Counted from the first letter of the stretch, positions 43,601-54,399 are shown. The stretch: DNA of 64,000 nt from Pachysolen tannophilus NRRL Y-2460 (GCA_001661245.1 KV454011.1:1080724-1144723); one strand, 5' to 3'. The notes: generated by a model from the sequence alone, not told the origin. Numbers and translations are program-made.

Positions 43601-45834
43601 AAATCAGAATCATCATTTTCAATGTAGTTCATTGCATCACTGACAAAGTTATCATCACCATGTCTGGACTCATTACCTATATTTGCAGTGATCATTCCAT
43701 CTTCATTTCTGTGATTTAGCTCTTGGACTTGAACCTGCCTAATACCCATTTCAATAATCATTCTTTTTTTATTAAAACGTTGAGTCACACGGAAAACTGG
43801 AGTACCAGATGAATAAACCCAATTCGAGAAAAAATTGTCCAATCTATTATGGTTAACTTTTTCACATACATGTTTGAAATGATGCGTAGATAAACAATTA
43901 CCAGCAAATAAATCATTTGACATTGCTTGTAAAAAAATTTTTGGAATCACTCTGGATAAGCCAAATGATTTATCAGTCTTTGTCATACGTCGATCCAAGA
44001 TAAATAACACTAAAGATGATTTCAATTTTAAAAATTGGAAATCAGTAGAATCATTTATTGGGAATTCAAAAAATTGATTTGCTAATGGTCTCTTACCAAT
44101 ATCTTGTTCACATATTAAATCACATTTTTGTTTATTTCTATATTTATATTCATTAACACCGAATAATGTTTTCAAAAATTGTGAAGCCATGAATTGTGAA
44201 ATACCAATAACACACCAAAAATCATTATGAGTCTTTGGTAGAACATTAATACCAGACCATTGTTGAGCAAAATTTTCTGCCAAAAATTCAGTTACTGAAA
44301 AAATTGGTTCTATTTTATTCGCACTGTAAAGAAAATTATCATTTATAATTGATAAACCAGCAAATGAACAAGAATCTGAAGATAAATTCTCCAAAAAGAT
44401 CATACTGAAACTATTGAAAGGAAAAGATCCAAATTCTTTTGAATAAAAATCAAGAGCTTTATAAAGAAAGATGCAAGTATTTAATACTTCATCTTTTCTA
44501 TTTGGTAAATGATATATTGTAAATGGAACAGTATTTGCACTATTGGAAATATTATTAGTTTCTTCTTCATAACTAGTTGGATTTTCTGTTAAATTAATTA
44601 ACGGCCATTTCTCAAAAGGTCCAATTGCAAAACCTAAATGTTGTGGTGCAATTGGATTATATATTTGGAAGCTGACAACTTTTTTACTCAAATCAATTGG
44701 ATGTGGAAATTCTTTATAATTCAACATTTCTGGTGATGCCACAACAAGCTCTCGTCTCCAATCAATACCAACATTTTCTTGAGTTTTATGACCTTCATCT
44801 CCATCTTCATTGTCTACATCTTCTTCTTCTTCCTCGTTTTCATCATCATCGTCCTGATTTCTTTGCTGTTTCTTCAAAGCTATTTCAGCAGCTTTAGTTC
44901 CAATTATCTTACTCTCTCCAATATCTCCTACAGTCTTGGGGAAACTTAAAGTTATATCCCAAGTTGCCTTTTCATATAAGTTATCAATACATGGAACCCA
45001 AGAACTTGCAGAACAACCAAAATCATTATTTATAGTATGACAAAACCATTTATCCTTTGGTATCTGAGTTTGTAAACCTCCATTAAATAAAATACCATTT
45101 TTAGGGTTTTTAATTTCATAATTAATTTTTATTGAAATTGAAGTATAAACTTGTTCTTGGAAAATTCCCATAGAATGTGGAGTATTATGATTAGATTTAG
45201 ATGGAGAAAAATTTAATTCATTCACATCTTGTGCTTTCAATTTTAAGTTCTCTGGTAAATATATGACTAATTCTTCTGTATTCGTAAGCAACAACGGCGT
45301 ATATTGAGGATTTTGAGATGCAATCAGTGGATCCGTATTTATATTAAGCCCACTCAAATGATTGGTATTTGCAAATAACGGATGAAACTTGCCCTTATAA
45401 AAATGATGCTGATTAACAGTCAAACTCTTGGACGTAATATCATGGAATGGATTGTACTTAAAACCAGACATATTATCATCTGTATTGATCGACTCAACAT
45501 CATGGTGGTTGATGAAAAATTCATTATTTTGATTAAAATCAGTATATTTATAATTAACCCTTTGATTATTAACAAATACCTCCTGAATGTTGACATTACG
45601 ACAATCCAACTTCACTTTTTTCAACTTCAGATCCAACGGCAACACAGTAATCTCAGTTTCCCCAACTATAGACTGATTCGACAAATCCACATCAAGATTC
45701 ACCTTTTGATGAGCAATTCGTAATAATTGTCTCGAGGTAACCTCATTATTCACAGATGACTTATGTCTCCTCCCAAGAGTCGGCGTTTGATGAAGTGAAC
45801 TTATAGATGGATAGTCATATGGTAGCGTCGGCAT
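40609..45834 (-). CDS. TAF2: TFIID subunit Taf2 (M1 aminopeptidase-like fold)
   Basis: HQKVNLDVDL, SSWVPCID, ILDRRMTK, FQGPMTIRIHEADGTPYEHIV, EWVRIDADFEWIC, QLQQDRDVEAQ. Confidence 0.93.
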   Translation of the reverse strand: MPTLPYDYPSISSLHQTPTLGRRHKSSVNNEVTSRQLLRIAHQKVNLDVDLSNQSIVGETEITVLPLDLKLKKVKLDCRNVNIQEVFVNNQRVNYKYTDFNQNNEFFINHHDVESINTDDNMSGFKYNPFHDITSKSLTVNQHHFYKGKFHPLFANTNHLSGLNINTDPLIASQNPQYTPLLLTNTEELVIYLPENLKLKAQDVNELNFSPSKSNHNTPHSMGIFQEQVYTSISIKINYEIKNPKNGILFNGGLQTQIPKDKWFCHTINNDFGCSASSWVPCIDNLYEKATWDITLSFPKTVGDIGESKIIGTKAAEIALKKQQRNQDDDDENEEEEEDVDNEDGDEGHKTQENVGIDWRRELVVASPEMLNYKEFPHPIDLSKKVVSFQIYNPIAPQHLGFAIGPFEKWPLINLTENPTSYEEETNNISNSANTVPFTIYHLPNRKDEVLNTCIFLYKALDFYSKEFGSFPFNSFSMIFLENLSSDSCSFAGLSIINDNFLYSANKIEPIFSVTEFLAENFAQQWSGINVLPKTHNDFWCVIGISQFMASQFLKTLFGVNEYKYRNKQKCDLICEQDIGKRPLANQFFEFPINDSTDFQFLKLKSSLVLFILDRRMTKTDKSFGLSRVIPKIFLQAMSNDLFAGNCLSTHHFKHVCEKVNHNRLDNFFSNWVYSSGTPVFRVTQRFNKKRMIIEMGIRQVQVQELNHRNEDGMITANIGNESRHGDDNFVSDAMNYIENDDSDFNVPAVFQGPMTIRIHEADGTPYEHIVDLKEGFTKLDIQYNTKYRRFRRGKRKLQDDANNFDDEEEEMITHQRQQLQVQETEEKVNRLGDVLISPEEITEWNLQEWTKEDEENQANEAFEWVRIDADFEWICKIHMNQSDYMFQSQLQQDRDVEAQIDSVRFFSNAIKPSSLYSSILVRTLMDERYFYGVRLEAAMGLAKFAKEEVGFIGMKHLLKAFHELYCFKSEYNILSPISAANYIPLPNDFSNFTKFFVLKIIPKALSSIKLSNGESPIEIRKILLNLLKYNDNLNNQFEDCFYIAIIIQSLFTAIQNSGGFLIDRETGDKEVVNFLQEANDEISRILKLDKYLPSYHNIITLAILKEKIKLARLGLCKLSHKELIAYTNPALGADIRLLAFEGLLILGGLKNTPILNYFFTVAKLDKSPRIKSGLFNILAKVISVAAIHGTPSVLDDEEFEQVYHQQEVDNNTTEGNGGTQDIRRTNNGNGNANGKQGSGVIFIEDGSNKNELNSRRDAFARATISGAIEILRRDYSFGTTLRKQIWDSLHSCLIDIHSKRNLFDICDILYVPKDSFTITLESIPSDRKIVAKIGKVNIEDESVLNDDNNSHNNINEEEGKVPSQKKVFEIILKRQSRLKIQVPKLIINDSNVKKEKKQAISIKIPSHSRKNSSVKEEVPTTQSIPKLKLDLKARASAAPVLPPVNLKIKTPNTGTATSKAPSLTPSLTPSVPPVTSKAKGKSKLNMNSNVVLKFQKQSSLTRLKEWNSKLPKIINSEIIRSSKNAPLRYVRIINNSNHKKLILSSDQFQEISEPVQLKSKNSSDSSSLVTVDRKMSSTKPSIQIKIKTKKSDQTLKKSSKTELPSKNLLNGIQASTNPKLLPEILNDKKTEDGEISPLNNTDPVPSPSSHLLLPPSSDPTTKERHKKSPSPLTTVGASNETEDIKDTDNNKKEESSSGVSPSLPPPLPSPPLPAQQQQQQQQQQQNKTLKLKINLGNRKP

Positions 45835-46342
45835 ACTCAGATCAATCCAAATCCTGCCTCCCTACAATAACCTATTCCTCAGATCTTCCTCTTCTTTTAA
45901 CTTGTATAATAAATATATATATATATATATATATATTGTCTTAACCGCCCATGGCCTTTTTGTATTTTGTTTGTTTGACCTTTTGTTGAAGCAAAAACGA
46001 TGTTGATGTCTTTTTTTGGTTTCCGCGCGCACTACTGTTATTTTGCTTTCTCTTTTGTTTTTTTTTCCGGAGATGACAAATTTCAACAGGTTTTTGTATG
46101 GTGTTGACAATCATATTGAAGGCGTTAAACCAAGTTGTGATTTGAAATATAGGAGATTAGATAGTTGGTTAGTTGGATAATTGGATAAGGTTGAAGGTGT
46201 GGATATAAGATTTTTTTTTTACTTTTTCTTTATAACAATTTGTTAAAAAAAACAAAAAAAAACATTGGAAAAAAAATAGGTGTATATACTATACGCTTGA
46301 AGAAGAAAAGAAAAGTAAAGAAGGCTTGATCGCAGCTTCAAG

Positions 46343-49300
46343 ATGGAAGAAGCTTCTGGTCATTCTTTATTGTTGAGGTTTATCAACTCACCTCACTTTA
46401 ACATCTATTATTGTATTAGTTATTTGATAAGATATGCGGACAATATTGGAATTCAACATTGTATATGTACGAAACTTGCAAATGATTATTCGATTGAAGA
46501 GTTGAAATTTTTTATTCCACAATTTTTACAAACTTTATTGACTGTGGAGACGGACTCATTGGCGCTTGAAGAATTGATTAAAGATTTATGTTCTAGAGAT
46601 GTTCATTTTAATTTGATGACTTTTTGGTATTTGAGAGCCAGTTTACAAGAATTGAGTAAAGATTGTGGAAGTATAAGTTTCCAAATATGTAAAAGATTAT
46701 TAAACGATTTACAATTTCAATTATTCAATACACCACGTAATGTGAATACTTCTTCAACTTCTACAGGTATAGTTAGGGTACTGCCTGCAAAAGCTTATAA
46801 TGAGAATGTTTATCCTTCGATCATTTTGGCATCATCAATTGCAGCTTCTATAGGTTTACCTCAAGTTGGAACCCACGTTGCTCCAATAGTTAAGACACAG
46901 GGTAAAATGACAAAATCATTTGTATTTCAAGTGGTTAAAGGTTTACAAAAAGAATTGAATAAGAATTTGACTTTGAAAAATACAAGGCAGAATGCTCTGT
47001 TGGCAAATTCAAATGTAAGAAGTAGTAGTGAAGAATTTGATGATGATGATGATTTTGATGATTCAAATCCAATTTCTTCAAATTTTCAAAAATTGTTCCA
47101 AAAACAAAGAAAACAAAAAAATGAAATTGGTGATAACAGTAGAGAATGGGATTTTTCTATGATTGATAAATATGCTGAAGAAAATTTACCTCATTTAAAG
47201 CGCTCACTTTCAGGAAATAATTTGATAAAAGTTAGAACAAAAAAAAATAATACAATAAGTAATGGTTCAGGTTCTAGGTCACTAGATTTCAAGTATAAGA
47301 CAGATTCTCCAAAAGAGTTGATCTCATCAATGCCAAATTTGTCACTAGAAGATACTTACTCTTCTTCTTCTGTAAATTTGGAAAATAATAATATAACACC
47401 TCTGGCTTCTTATTCCGGAAGAACGTCAAGAGATAGCCGTTATAGTAGTGATGTGGAAAGTATATATGAGAACCCACAAGAGATTCCATCTACACCAAGG
47501 AGAAGAGTTTCATCTCAAGCACCAGCAACTTTAACAACTCCACAAAAGATAAAATTATTAAAATCTAATTATTTCAAATGTGAAACTCAATTTGCAATTG
47601 CATTACAAAATATCTCATATAAGTTGTCTCAGGTTCCAAAAGAAGCAAGATTATCGTCTTTAAGAGCAGAATTATCTATATTAAATAAAGATTTGCCTTG
47701 TGAAGTTGATATTCCAATGTTGTTACCAAGAAATAAAAAGGGAAAATTACATAAAGTTGTTAGAATACCTCCAAATGAATCTGCGGTTTTAAATTCTGCT
47801 GAAAGAGTACCATTTTTATTATTGATTGAATTTTTAAGTGATGAAATGGATTTCGATCCAGCAACCCCAGAAAATGAACAATTGTTGAAAGAAATCTTGA
47901 GTGCTAACGAACTTAGTACTGAAGATGGCCATAGTGTTTCTAATTCACCAAAAGATCAACATCCACATTTCAGAGATAGAAAATATGTATTTGATCTTGC
48001 TGGAACTCTTCATAATTCAAGCTCTTATACTCAAAAAATTCTTGCTGATAATAACCTTAATGGAAATGGATCTGGAGGTAGTGCTGACACAAATGATCCA
48101 TCAGAGACTGATTTGGCTGATTTTTCAGTAATTAAATTATCAAATAAAACAGAAAATGAGTTTTTAGCAAAGAAGAATTTTTTACAAAATATCAGTCAGG
48201 TTCCAATTTTGGACAATGAGAACGAAACTGAAGAGAACGGTAAAATGGATAATGCTCTTGATAGTAAACCAAAGATCAAAAATGGTAACAATGAATCTTT
48301 CACTGAAAATGACAATGAGTTTAGTCGTGGCAGATCTTCTGAGTTGAACTTTCAGTCAAATTATAAACTATCAGATATTAGTAATAGTAATAACGATTTA
48401 GCTACTCAGATGAGAATTGCTGCTGTGATGTTAACTCAGTTAGATTCATCTTCTAATCAATTACCTCAAGATGAAACTGCCGCTGTAAAAGCGCGTATAA
48501 TTTCATCAATGCAAGCACTTCAAGATAATTTTGATTGTGTAAAAGATTTGGAAGAAATACATGGTGCTGCTGGTGAACGTAAACTTGAAAATGATTTGAA
48601 ATTAAGCGGTGTAAGATCATCTTTTAATAACCCAATGGATTACTATCTTGGTGAAGATTGGAATGCTAAAAAGGAAAGAATCAGAAAGGAGAGTATATAC
48701 GGTCATTTGGAAAACTGGGATCTTTGCTCCGTTATTGCTAAAACAGGTCATGATTTAACTCAAGAAGCTTTTGCGTGTCAGTTGATACAATCTATGGCTA
48801 AGATATGGTACAAGAATAATGTTGGAATATGGGTTAAAAAAATGAGAATCTTGGTTACCTCTTCAAACACTGGGTTGGTAGAAACCATTACCAACGCTCT
48901 ATCTATCCATTCTATCAAAAAAACTTTGACGCAGTATCAAATTGCTACAAATGAAAATTTGAAAGGTAATATTGCTACGTTAAAAGACCACTTTTTGAAA
49001 ACTTTTGGAGACTGTGATTCACCAAGGTATAAAAGGGCACAAGATAATTTTGCTTGTTCCCTTGCCGGCTATTCTATTATATGTTACATATTACAAATCA
49101 AAGATAGACACAACGGTAATATAATGTTGGATAATGAGGGCCATATAATTCATATTGATTTTGGGTTTTTATTATCAAATTCTCCTGGTTCCGTTGGTTT
49201 TGAGGCTGCACCTTTTAAATTGACCTTGGAATATGTTGAGATATTAGGCGGTCCGGAATCCTTTTTCTTTAAGAAATTTGTTAATCTTGTTAAAGATAGT

Positions 49301-49552
49301 TTCAAGGCTATCAGAAAAAATTCTGAAAGTATTGTCTCTTTAGTCGAATTAATGCAAAAGGATTCAAGTCTTCCATGTTTCCGAAATGGTGAAAATACAA
49401 GTGTTCAAATGAGACAAAGATTACAATTAAATTTAACTGATGAAGAGTGTGACGCGTTCGTTGAAAACTACTTGATTGGAAAAAGTTTGGGAAGCATTTA
49501 CACCAGGTTATATGATCAATTTCAATTATTCACTCAGGGTATTTATAGTTGA
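46343..49552 (+). CDS. PIK1: Phosphatidylinositol 4-kinase Pik1 (type III beta)
   Basis: N-terminal LLLRFINSPHF, VLNSAERVPFLL, kinase motifs QIKDRHNGNI and HIDFGF, C-terminal YTRLYDQFQ..QGIYS. Confidence 0.95.
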   Translation: MEEASGHSLLLRFINSPHFNIYYCISYLIRYADNIGIQHCICTKLANDYSIEELKFFIPQFLQTLLTVETDSLALEELIKDLCSRDVHFNLMTFWYLRASLQELSKDCGSISFQICKRLLNDLQFQLFNTPRNVNTSSTSTGIVRVLPAKAYNENVYPSIILASSIAASIGLPQVGTHVAPIVKTQGKMTKSFVFQVVKGLQKELNKNLTLKNTRQNALLANSNVRSSSEEFDDDDDFDDSNPISSNFQKLFQKQRKQKNEIGDNSREWDFSMIDKYAEENLPHLKRSLSGNNLIKVRTKKNNTISNGSGSRSLDFKYKTDSPKELISSMPNLSLEDTYSSSSVNLENNNITPLASYSGRTSRDSRYSSDVESIYENPQEIPSTPRRRVSSQAPATLTTPQKIKLLKSNYFKCETQFAIALQNISYKLSQVPKEARLSSLRAELSILNKDLPCEVDIPMLLPRNKKGKLHKVVRIPPNESAVLNSAERVPFLLLIEFLSDEMDFDPATPENEQLLKEILSANELSTEDGHSVSNSPKDQHPHFRDRKYVFDLAGTLHNSSSYTQKILADNNLNGNGSGGSADTNDPSETDLADFSVIKLSNKTENEFLAKKNFLQNISQVPILDNENETEENGKMDNALDSKPKIKNGNNESFTENDNEFSRGRSSELNFQSNYKLSDISNSNNDLATQMRIAAVMLTQLDSSSNQLPQDETAAVKARIISSMQALQDNFDCVKDLEEIHGAAGERKLENDLKLSGVRSSFNNPMDYYLGEDWNAKKERIRKESIYGHLENWDLCSVIAKTGHDLTQEAFACQLIQSMAKIWYKNNVGIWVKKMRILVTSSNTGLVETITNALSIHSIKKTLTQYQIATNENLKGNIATLKDHFLKTFGDCDSPRYKRAQDNFACSLAGYSIICYILQIKDRHNGNIMLDNEGHIIHIDFGFLLSNSPGSVGFEAAPFKLTLEYVEILGGPESFFFKKFVNLVKDSFKAIRKNSESIVSLVELMQKDSSLPCFRNGENTSVQMRQRLQLNLTDEECDAFVENYLIGKSLGSIYTRLYDQFQLFTQGIYS

Positions 49553-49901
49553 TACTCTTTATTTTATCTTGTTGTAATGAATGAAACGACACCCTTTATA
49601 TTTATTGCATTTTATATCTTTTTGCCATTCACATGATTATATATTCATGTTTTTTATTATTATATCTATAGATTCTTGTACTTTTTTTTGTTAACTCTAG
49701 TATTTTTATATATTTCACCTTTGTCAAATTTGCAAAGTTTACGTTCTTGTGCCTATTATTATATTAATGTATTTTCACCTACAATATTTTACAACGTAAT
49801 GTCAAAAAATAAATAAATAATTACACAATTATTAAGTCAAAATAGAAATAGATATATATATATATATATATTATATTTATAGAACAAAGGATTCAGGATA
49901 C

Positions 49902-51006
49902 TCAATTCCTTTTCAAAGCTTCAAACCTTTTCTTCAAATCATCAAACTCATCGTTAGGTTTTTTAGCAAATACTGCACCGCTAGTGCCGTTACTGGAGCT
50001 GTTGCTCTTCTTCTTCACGACATTTACGCCTTTAGGGACTTTAACTTCTGGTCTTAAATTATCTAAAGACATTGCAGGAGGCGTCACTTTTATTGGTTTA
50101 GAGCCTTCCTTTGACAACTCACTAAGATCTGATATTCTTCTTTCAAGGGAAGTAGGCCCAGATTCAGAGTTTATAATATCGTCTAATTCTTTATCATCCA
50201 ATATACCACTGTTATCCTCAATTTCTATCGCAGTATCATCATCACCATCACCATCATCGCCTGTTTCTTCAGACTCGAGTTGTTTTTCTTCTTCCTCGCT
50301 AAGAATGATCCCACTGTATGGAACACTGTAAGCTTTTGCAATCTCTACAAGATACAGATTCACTAAGGCAGCACTTGGCGGAGTTACAGAACACCTCTTT
50401 ACTATCTTTTCTGGTATTATGTTGTCCTTATTGTCAAGGGCTTCCTGTGCAAATTCTTTACCAAATTTGATCAAAAATAAATCTTTTAGGTCTCTTATTT
50501 CCTTGATTTCATTTGTCTTGAAAGCAGAATATATTATAACTTTAACAGCTTCCTCCAATCCAGGATCACAATGATGAAACTCCAGACCAAGTAGTCCTAT
50601 TCTTGCCAGTAACAACTCACAGTATAACTCTAAATACTCAAACAATTCTGTGTAGTTGTCTTCTAATATTATATGCTCTACCTTAATCTTAGCATTCTCT
50701 TCTTTTCCTTGTAATAACAAATCAGCAACCTTTAAATACACTAGAAGTCAGTAATCACAATCAAATAAACCATAATACTTCAGAGAAGAAGAAAAAAAAA
50801 AAAACTTAACATACAACTCTTCTTTGTTGTTTGGAAATAGCAGTTTTCTTCTGCTGTACAAATCTTAAACGGCTAATGGCCATCTTAAGATGTGATTTTA
50901 ATCTAGACTGAAATTTCATACATACTTGTTAGTATTCAATTGGTTCACTTTTTACCCAAATTTAATCAATACAAATACTCACCTGAATAGAAATGATTGG
51001 AGGCAT
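49902..51006 (-). CDS. IST1: ESCRT-III-associated protein Ist1; exons 51006-50983, 50907-50815 and 50729-49902; 314 aa
   Basis: Spliced N-terminus MPPIISIQ|SRLKSHLKMAISRLRFVQQKKTAISKQQRRV|VADLL.., LELYCELLLAR, C-terminal MIM DDLKKRFEALKR. Confidence 0.9.
50730..50814 (-). other. IST1 intron 2 (85 nt, AAG acceptor)
   Basis: GTATGT donor, TACTGAC branch at 50753-50747; AAG at 50732-50730 restores the frame. Confidence 0.75.
50908..50982 (-). other. IST1 intron 1 (75 nt)
   Basis: GTGAGT donor, TACTAAC at 50934-50928, CAG acceptor, phase 0. Confidence 0.9.
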
Positions 51007-51180
51007 AATTCAAAATATAAATTTTCAATTCAATTAAAAGTTAATTATAACAACTATATATAAAGAATAACTAAACTATCAATTATCATGAAGTTACTTC
51101 TTCTTATCGTCATATATATTAATCAGTTACAGTCAACTTACTATTATTACACTACCTAAAATACAATAGTTATACAATAC

Positions 51181-54100
51181 CTACACAGTCATTAGTTCAA
51201 CCTGCTCACCACAACCGTTGTATAGACAGATCAAGTATAAGTTATAGCTTGCTTCAGCTTCTAAAAATCCTAGTTTTTTAGCCAACACTTTATTATAAAA
51301 TTCAGTGGCCAAGGAAAATAAACCCAACATGTGGAAAGCGCGTCCTAAGTTATAATCACATTCTTGTTCTTCAAAGTCACCTCCTTTTTTAGTTCTCAAT
51401 TCTTTATATCTCAACAAGTAGCTGAATCCTTGCAAAATTTGAAAATGTCTGTTTGTGGATAACCTTTGAATTGACCTATGGATGTGGCCAATACCTATGA
51501 GAAAACAGATCATTGGATCTTCGGTAAAACCATCGGCATAGAGTTTTGACATATAAGCAATCTGAGAAATGTAGCTCTTGTTGGAATGCAATAAAGCAGC
51601 ATATATATAGCTCAAATATGGATTTATATGTGTGGTGTCGATATCCTCATTAGTAATGGTAGCCATACCGGTAATTTTCTTACCATATTTCAATGAATCA
51701 AAAGCTTTAATTTGCCTCAAAAAATATTTCTGATGGGAACTATCAGAAAATGATTCATTTAACTCATTGTCACCTTTAAATACAGCAAGAAATAACTTCA
51801 AAGCTTGAGAAGAAAACTGGTGATTATTCAAGACTGCTCTCAAATATTGCAAGATTAATTGAGTATCTCCAACTTTCAAAGATAATGATAACCCAACAAT
51901 AGATAAGATTCTCTCTCTTCTCTTGTCTTGATAGAATATATTGACAGTATTGAAAGATTCATAAAGTTTTAAGGCAGCTGCTGGTCCTTCCAACTTAGAA
52001 ATCAATAAACAATATTGCATAAATAATTCGAACCATTGATCAAAGGTGACTCCTCTAAACACACCACTTACACCAAGAGAATATTTTCCATTGTTATGCT
52101 TATCCAACTCTATTTCTTCGCGTATTACTGACATTCTTGTAATTCTTTCATCAATATCTAAAAATGCATTTCTTCTTTCAGCAAGCAAAGCTCTGCATTT
52201 AGTTACTTTATCTGGAGCAAAAAAATTTCTAACTGATGCAAAAATCTCAATCAATTCAATGGCTAAATCCATCCAAATTTCTGTTGCATATCTATCGCCT
52301 TTTCTAACATCAGGTAGTAATTTTTCAGAACGGAAATATGTCTCTTTAACTCTTGAAGTCTGTGTCTGGTCTTTGATAAACCATTGTTCATCAGTTAATT
52401 TTTTCAATCTTCTTTGTTTTTTAATGGAAACTTTCCCAGGGGCAATGTCCTGAATTAAAGCAACATTTAAATCGTCCTGCTGTTGTTGTTCTTCATCAAC
52501 TTCCATTTGATCATTTTCTCGATGATTGAAATCCTTTGGCTTTTTAATTCTCTCACATAATTCTTCAAAATATTCTTTATCACCAAGAAAATAGTGAATT
52601 TCCAATAAAAGTGAAAGAGCTTTTGAATTACCTGAATCTTCCCTTAATAAACTTTCACATGCATCTTTGGCATGTTCCAAGTCGTTTAACAGGAAGTAAC
52701 AATTTGCCAATGACATCTTTAAATCATTATTGTTGTATGCTTCCACAAAAGATAATGGTGAAAGATATTTCAATGCTTCTGCATGTAAGCTATGCTCTTC
52801 TAAAGCTTTACCGACGTCAAAATATAAATCAGCACTCCCATGAACATCTTCTTCAAATAAATGACTGAAATGAATCTTTGCTTCTTCTATGTAATTTAAA
52901 TTCAATCTGAAAAATCCCAACTGTATTCTTATATCTATTGGCAAACCATATGCTTTTGATTTTTCCTTACTGGCCAACAGTTGAAATTTTGGATTTTTCA
53001 ACCTTCTGCCATCGAATTCAGAATCGTCATTTGTGTCAGACCACCACGTTTGATCTTCTCTATGTTGTATCCATCTGGCAACTTCTTTAACAACTTTAAT
53101 AGCAGATATCCAAGCAGTTTGTTTCCCATGTAGCTCTGCCAAGATATTTAATTCGGACCAATCAAATTTAACAGTGTTCAATCTTGCATCTGGGTTTTTC
53201 TTTAATAGTTCACGATATCTCTTATTTTGTTCTAATATTCTCGCATATAAATTTATAGCATCATTTATTCTATTTTGACTCACATAAACTAAAGCCAATT
53301 CTTTAACTATTGCCGAATTAGTTGGATTTATTTGTAATAATTTAGTAAAACTTTCCGAAGCTCTAACAAATTGATCTGTTTCTCTAAAAATTACACCTCT
53401 ATTAAAAATTGCTTTTAAATTTTTATTTTTACTTGATGATACAGCTTTGGAAAAACAGTGTAAAGCTTGCCTTGTATGTCCCAATTGTTGAGATAATTCA
53501 CCAACTTCATTCCAAAATTCAGAATCCCAAGGTTGTAATATTGCTGCCAAAAACCATATATTACAACATTTGGATAATCTTCCTTGCTGCTTATATATTT
53601 CACCCATTGTCTTGTAAGCGGAAAAATTCTTTGGATCCAATTCAACAACTTTTAAAAATGATTCCAATGCTTCTTGATAATCTCTCCTTACAAATGCTTC
53701 ATTTGCTGTACTTAATAACATTCTAACCTCGGGATCAACTTGCTGAGATTTTGCCTTTAACGAAGCTAATCCTCCTTTCCTTTTCTTGGTTTTCATATTG
53801 GTAGCCTCTCTCAAGATATTTTTAAATTCAAATTCATCATTCATCAAGTTTTCATCTTCATTAACATCGTAATCATCATCATCAGAAGAAAACCCAAAAT
53901 CAATACTGGGCGGTTCATCATCTACCCCCATTTCCTCATCTCCAGATTCATCATCATCATCATCATCATCATCATCTTCATTTTGATCATCATCATCATC
54001 AACCTCTCCAGAATCCTGATCATCATCCGAAAAATAAAGAGATTCTAGATTTTCATCCTCATCGTTCTTATCGTCATTTATTAATTTCTTCAACTCATCA

Positions 54101-54216
54101 ATATTCTCTAACAATTCTTCTCCTTCAACACTCTTATCAAGTTTTTCATTTGCATTTTCATTCTGAAGCTCTACCAAATAGTCATCAGACTCAGAGCTCT
54201 CACGCGACTGCAGCAT
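51181..54216 (-). CDS. TFC4: TFIIIC TPR subunit Tfc4 (tau131)
   Basis: Acidic N-terminus, DPEVRMLLSTANEAFVR, TPR array, FDWSELNILAEL, LPIDIRIQLG, HQKYFLRQIKAFD, QECDYNLGRAFH; divergent from UFD1 as in S. cerevisiae. Confidence 0.92.
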   Translation of the reverse strand: MLQSRESSESDDYLVELQNENANEKLDKSVEGEELLENIDELKKLINDDKNDEDENLESLYFSDDDQDSGEVDDDDDQNEDDDDDDDDDESGDEEMGVDDEPPSIDFGFSSDDDDYDVNEDENLMNDEFEFKNILREATNMKTKKRKGGLASLKAKSQQVDPEVRMLLSTANEAFVRRDYQEALESFLKVVELDPKNFSAYKTMGEIYKQQGRLSKCCNIWFLAAILQPWDSEFWNEVGELSQQLGHTRQALHCFSKAVSSSKNKNLKAIFNRGVIFRETDQFVRASESFTKLLQINPTNSAIVKELALVYVSQNRINDAINLYARILEQNKRYRELLKKNPDARLNTVKFDWSELNILAELHGKQTAWISAIKVVKEVARWIQHREDQTWWSDTNDDSEFDGRRLKNPKFQLLASKEKSKAYGLPIDIRIQLGFFRLNLNYIEEAKIHFSHLFEEDVHGSADLYFDVGKALEEHSLHAEALKYLSPLSFVEAYNNNDLKMSLANCYFLLNDLEHAKDACESLLREDSGNSKALSLLLEIHYFLGDKEYFEELCERIKKPKDFNHRENDQMEVDEEQQQQDDLNVALIQDIAPGKVSIKKQRRLKKLTDEQWFIKDQTQTSRVKETYFRSEKLLPDVRKGDRYATEIWMDLAIELIEIFASVRNFFAPDKVTKCRALLAERRNAFLDIDERITRMSVIREEIELDKHNNGKYSLGVSGVFRGVTFDQWFELFMQYCLLISKLEGPAAALKLYESFNTVNIFYQDKRRERILSIVGLSLSLKVGDTQLILQYLRAVLNNHQFSSQALKLFLAVFKGDNELNESFSDSSHQKYFLRQIKAFDSLKYGKKITGMATITNEDIDTTHINPYLSYIYAALLHSNKSYISQIAYMSKLYADGFTEDPMICFLIGIGHIHRSIQRLSTNRHFQILQGFSYLLRYKELRTKKGGDFEEQECDYNLGRAFHMLGLFSLATEFYNKVLAKKLGFLEAEASYNLYLICLYNGCGEQVELMTV

Positions 54217-54391
54217 CCCCCCATAAATCTATCAAGTTCAAATTCAATAGATATCTATCAATACGATAATCAATTCTAATCTATCACTTTTAGTTTGCCC
54301 TTTGTTTTTAATCTTTTTTCAATTATTATTAACAAAAATTTGTTTCTTGAAAACTACTTTGTTTTCTTTCTTTCTTTTTTACTTTTTTGTA

Positions 54392-54399
54392 TGTGGCGA
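54392..54399 (+). promoter_or_regulatory. Possible Rpn4/PACE-like site upstream of UFD1
   Basis: TGTGGCGA 100 nt upstream of the ATG; imperfect match to GGTGGCAAA. Confidence 0.3.

Noticed and set aside
51181..51210. Possible terminal intron in TFC4 (GTGAGC..AACTAAT..TAG) explaining its short C-terminus
   Set aside because: It would be 29 nt, too short for a spliceosomal intron in this genome.
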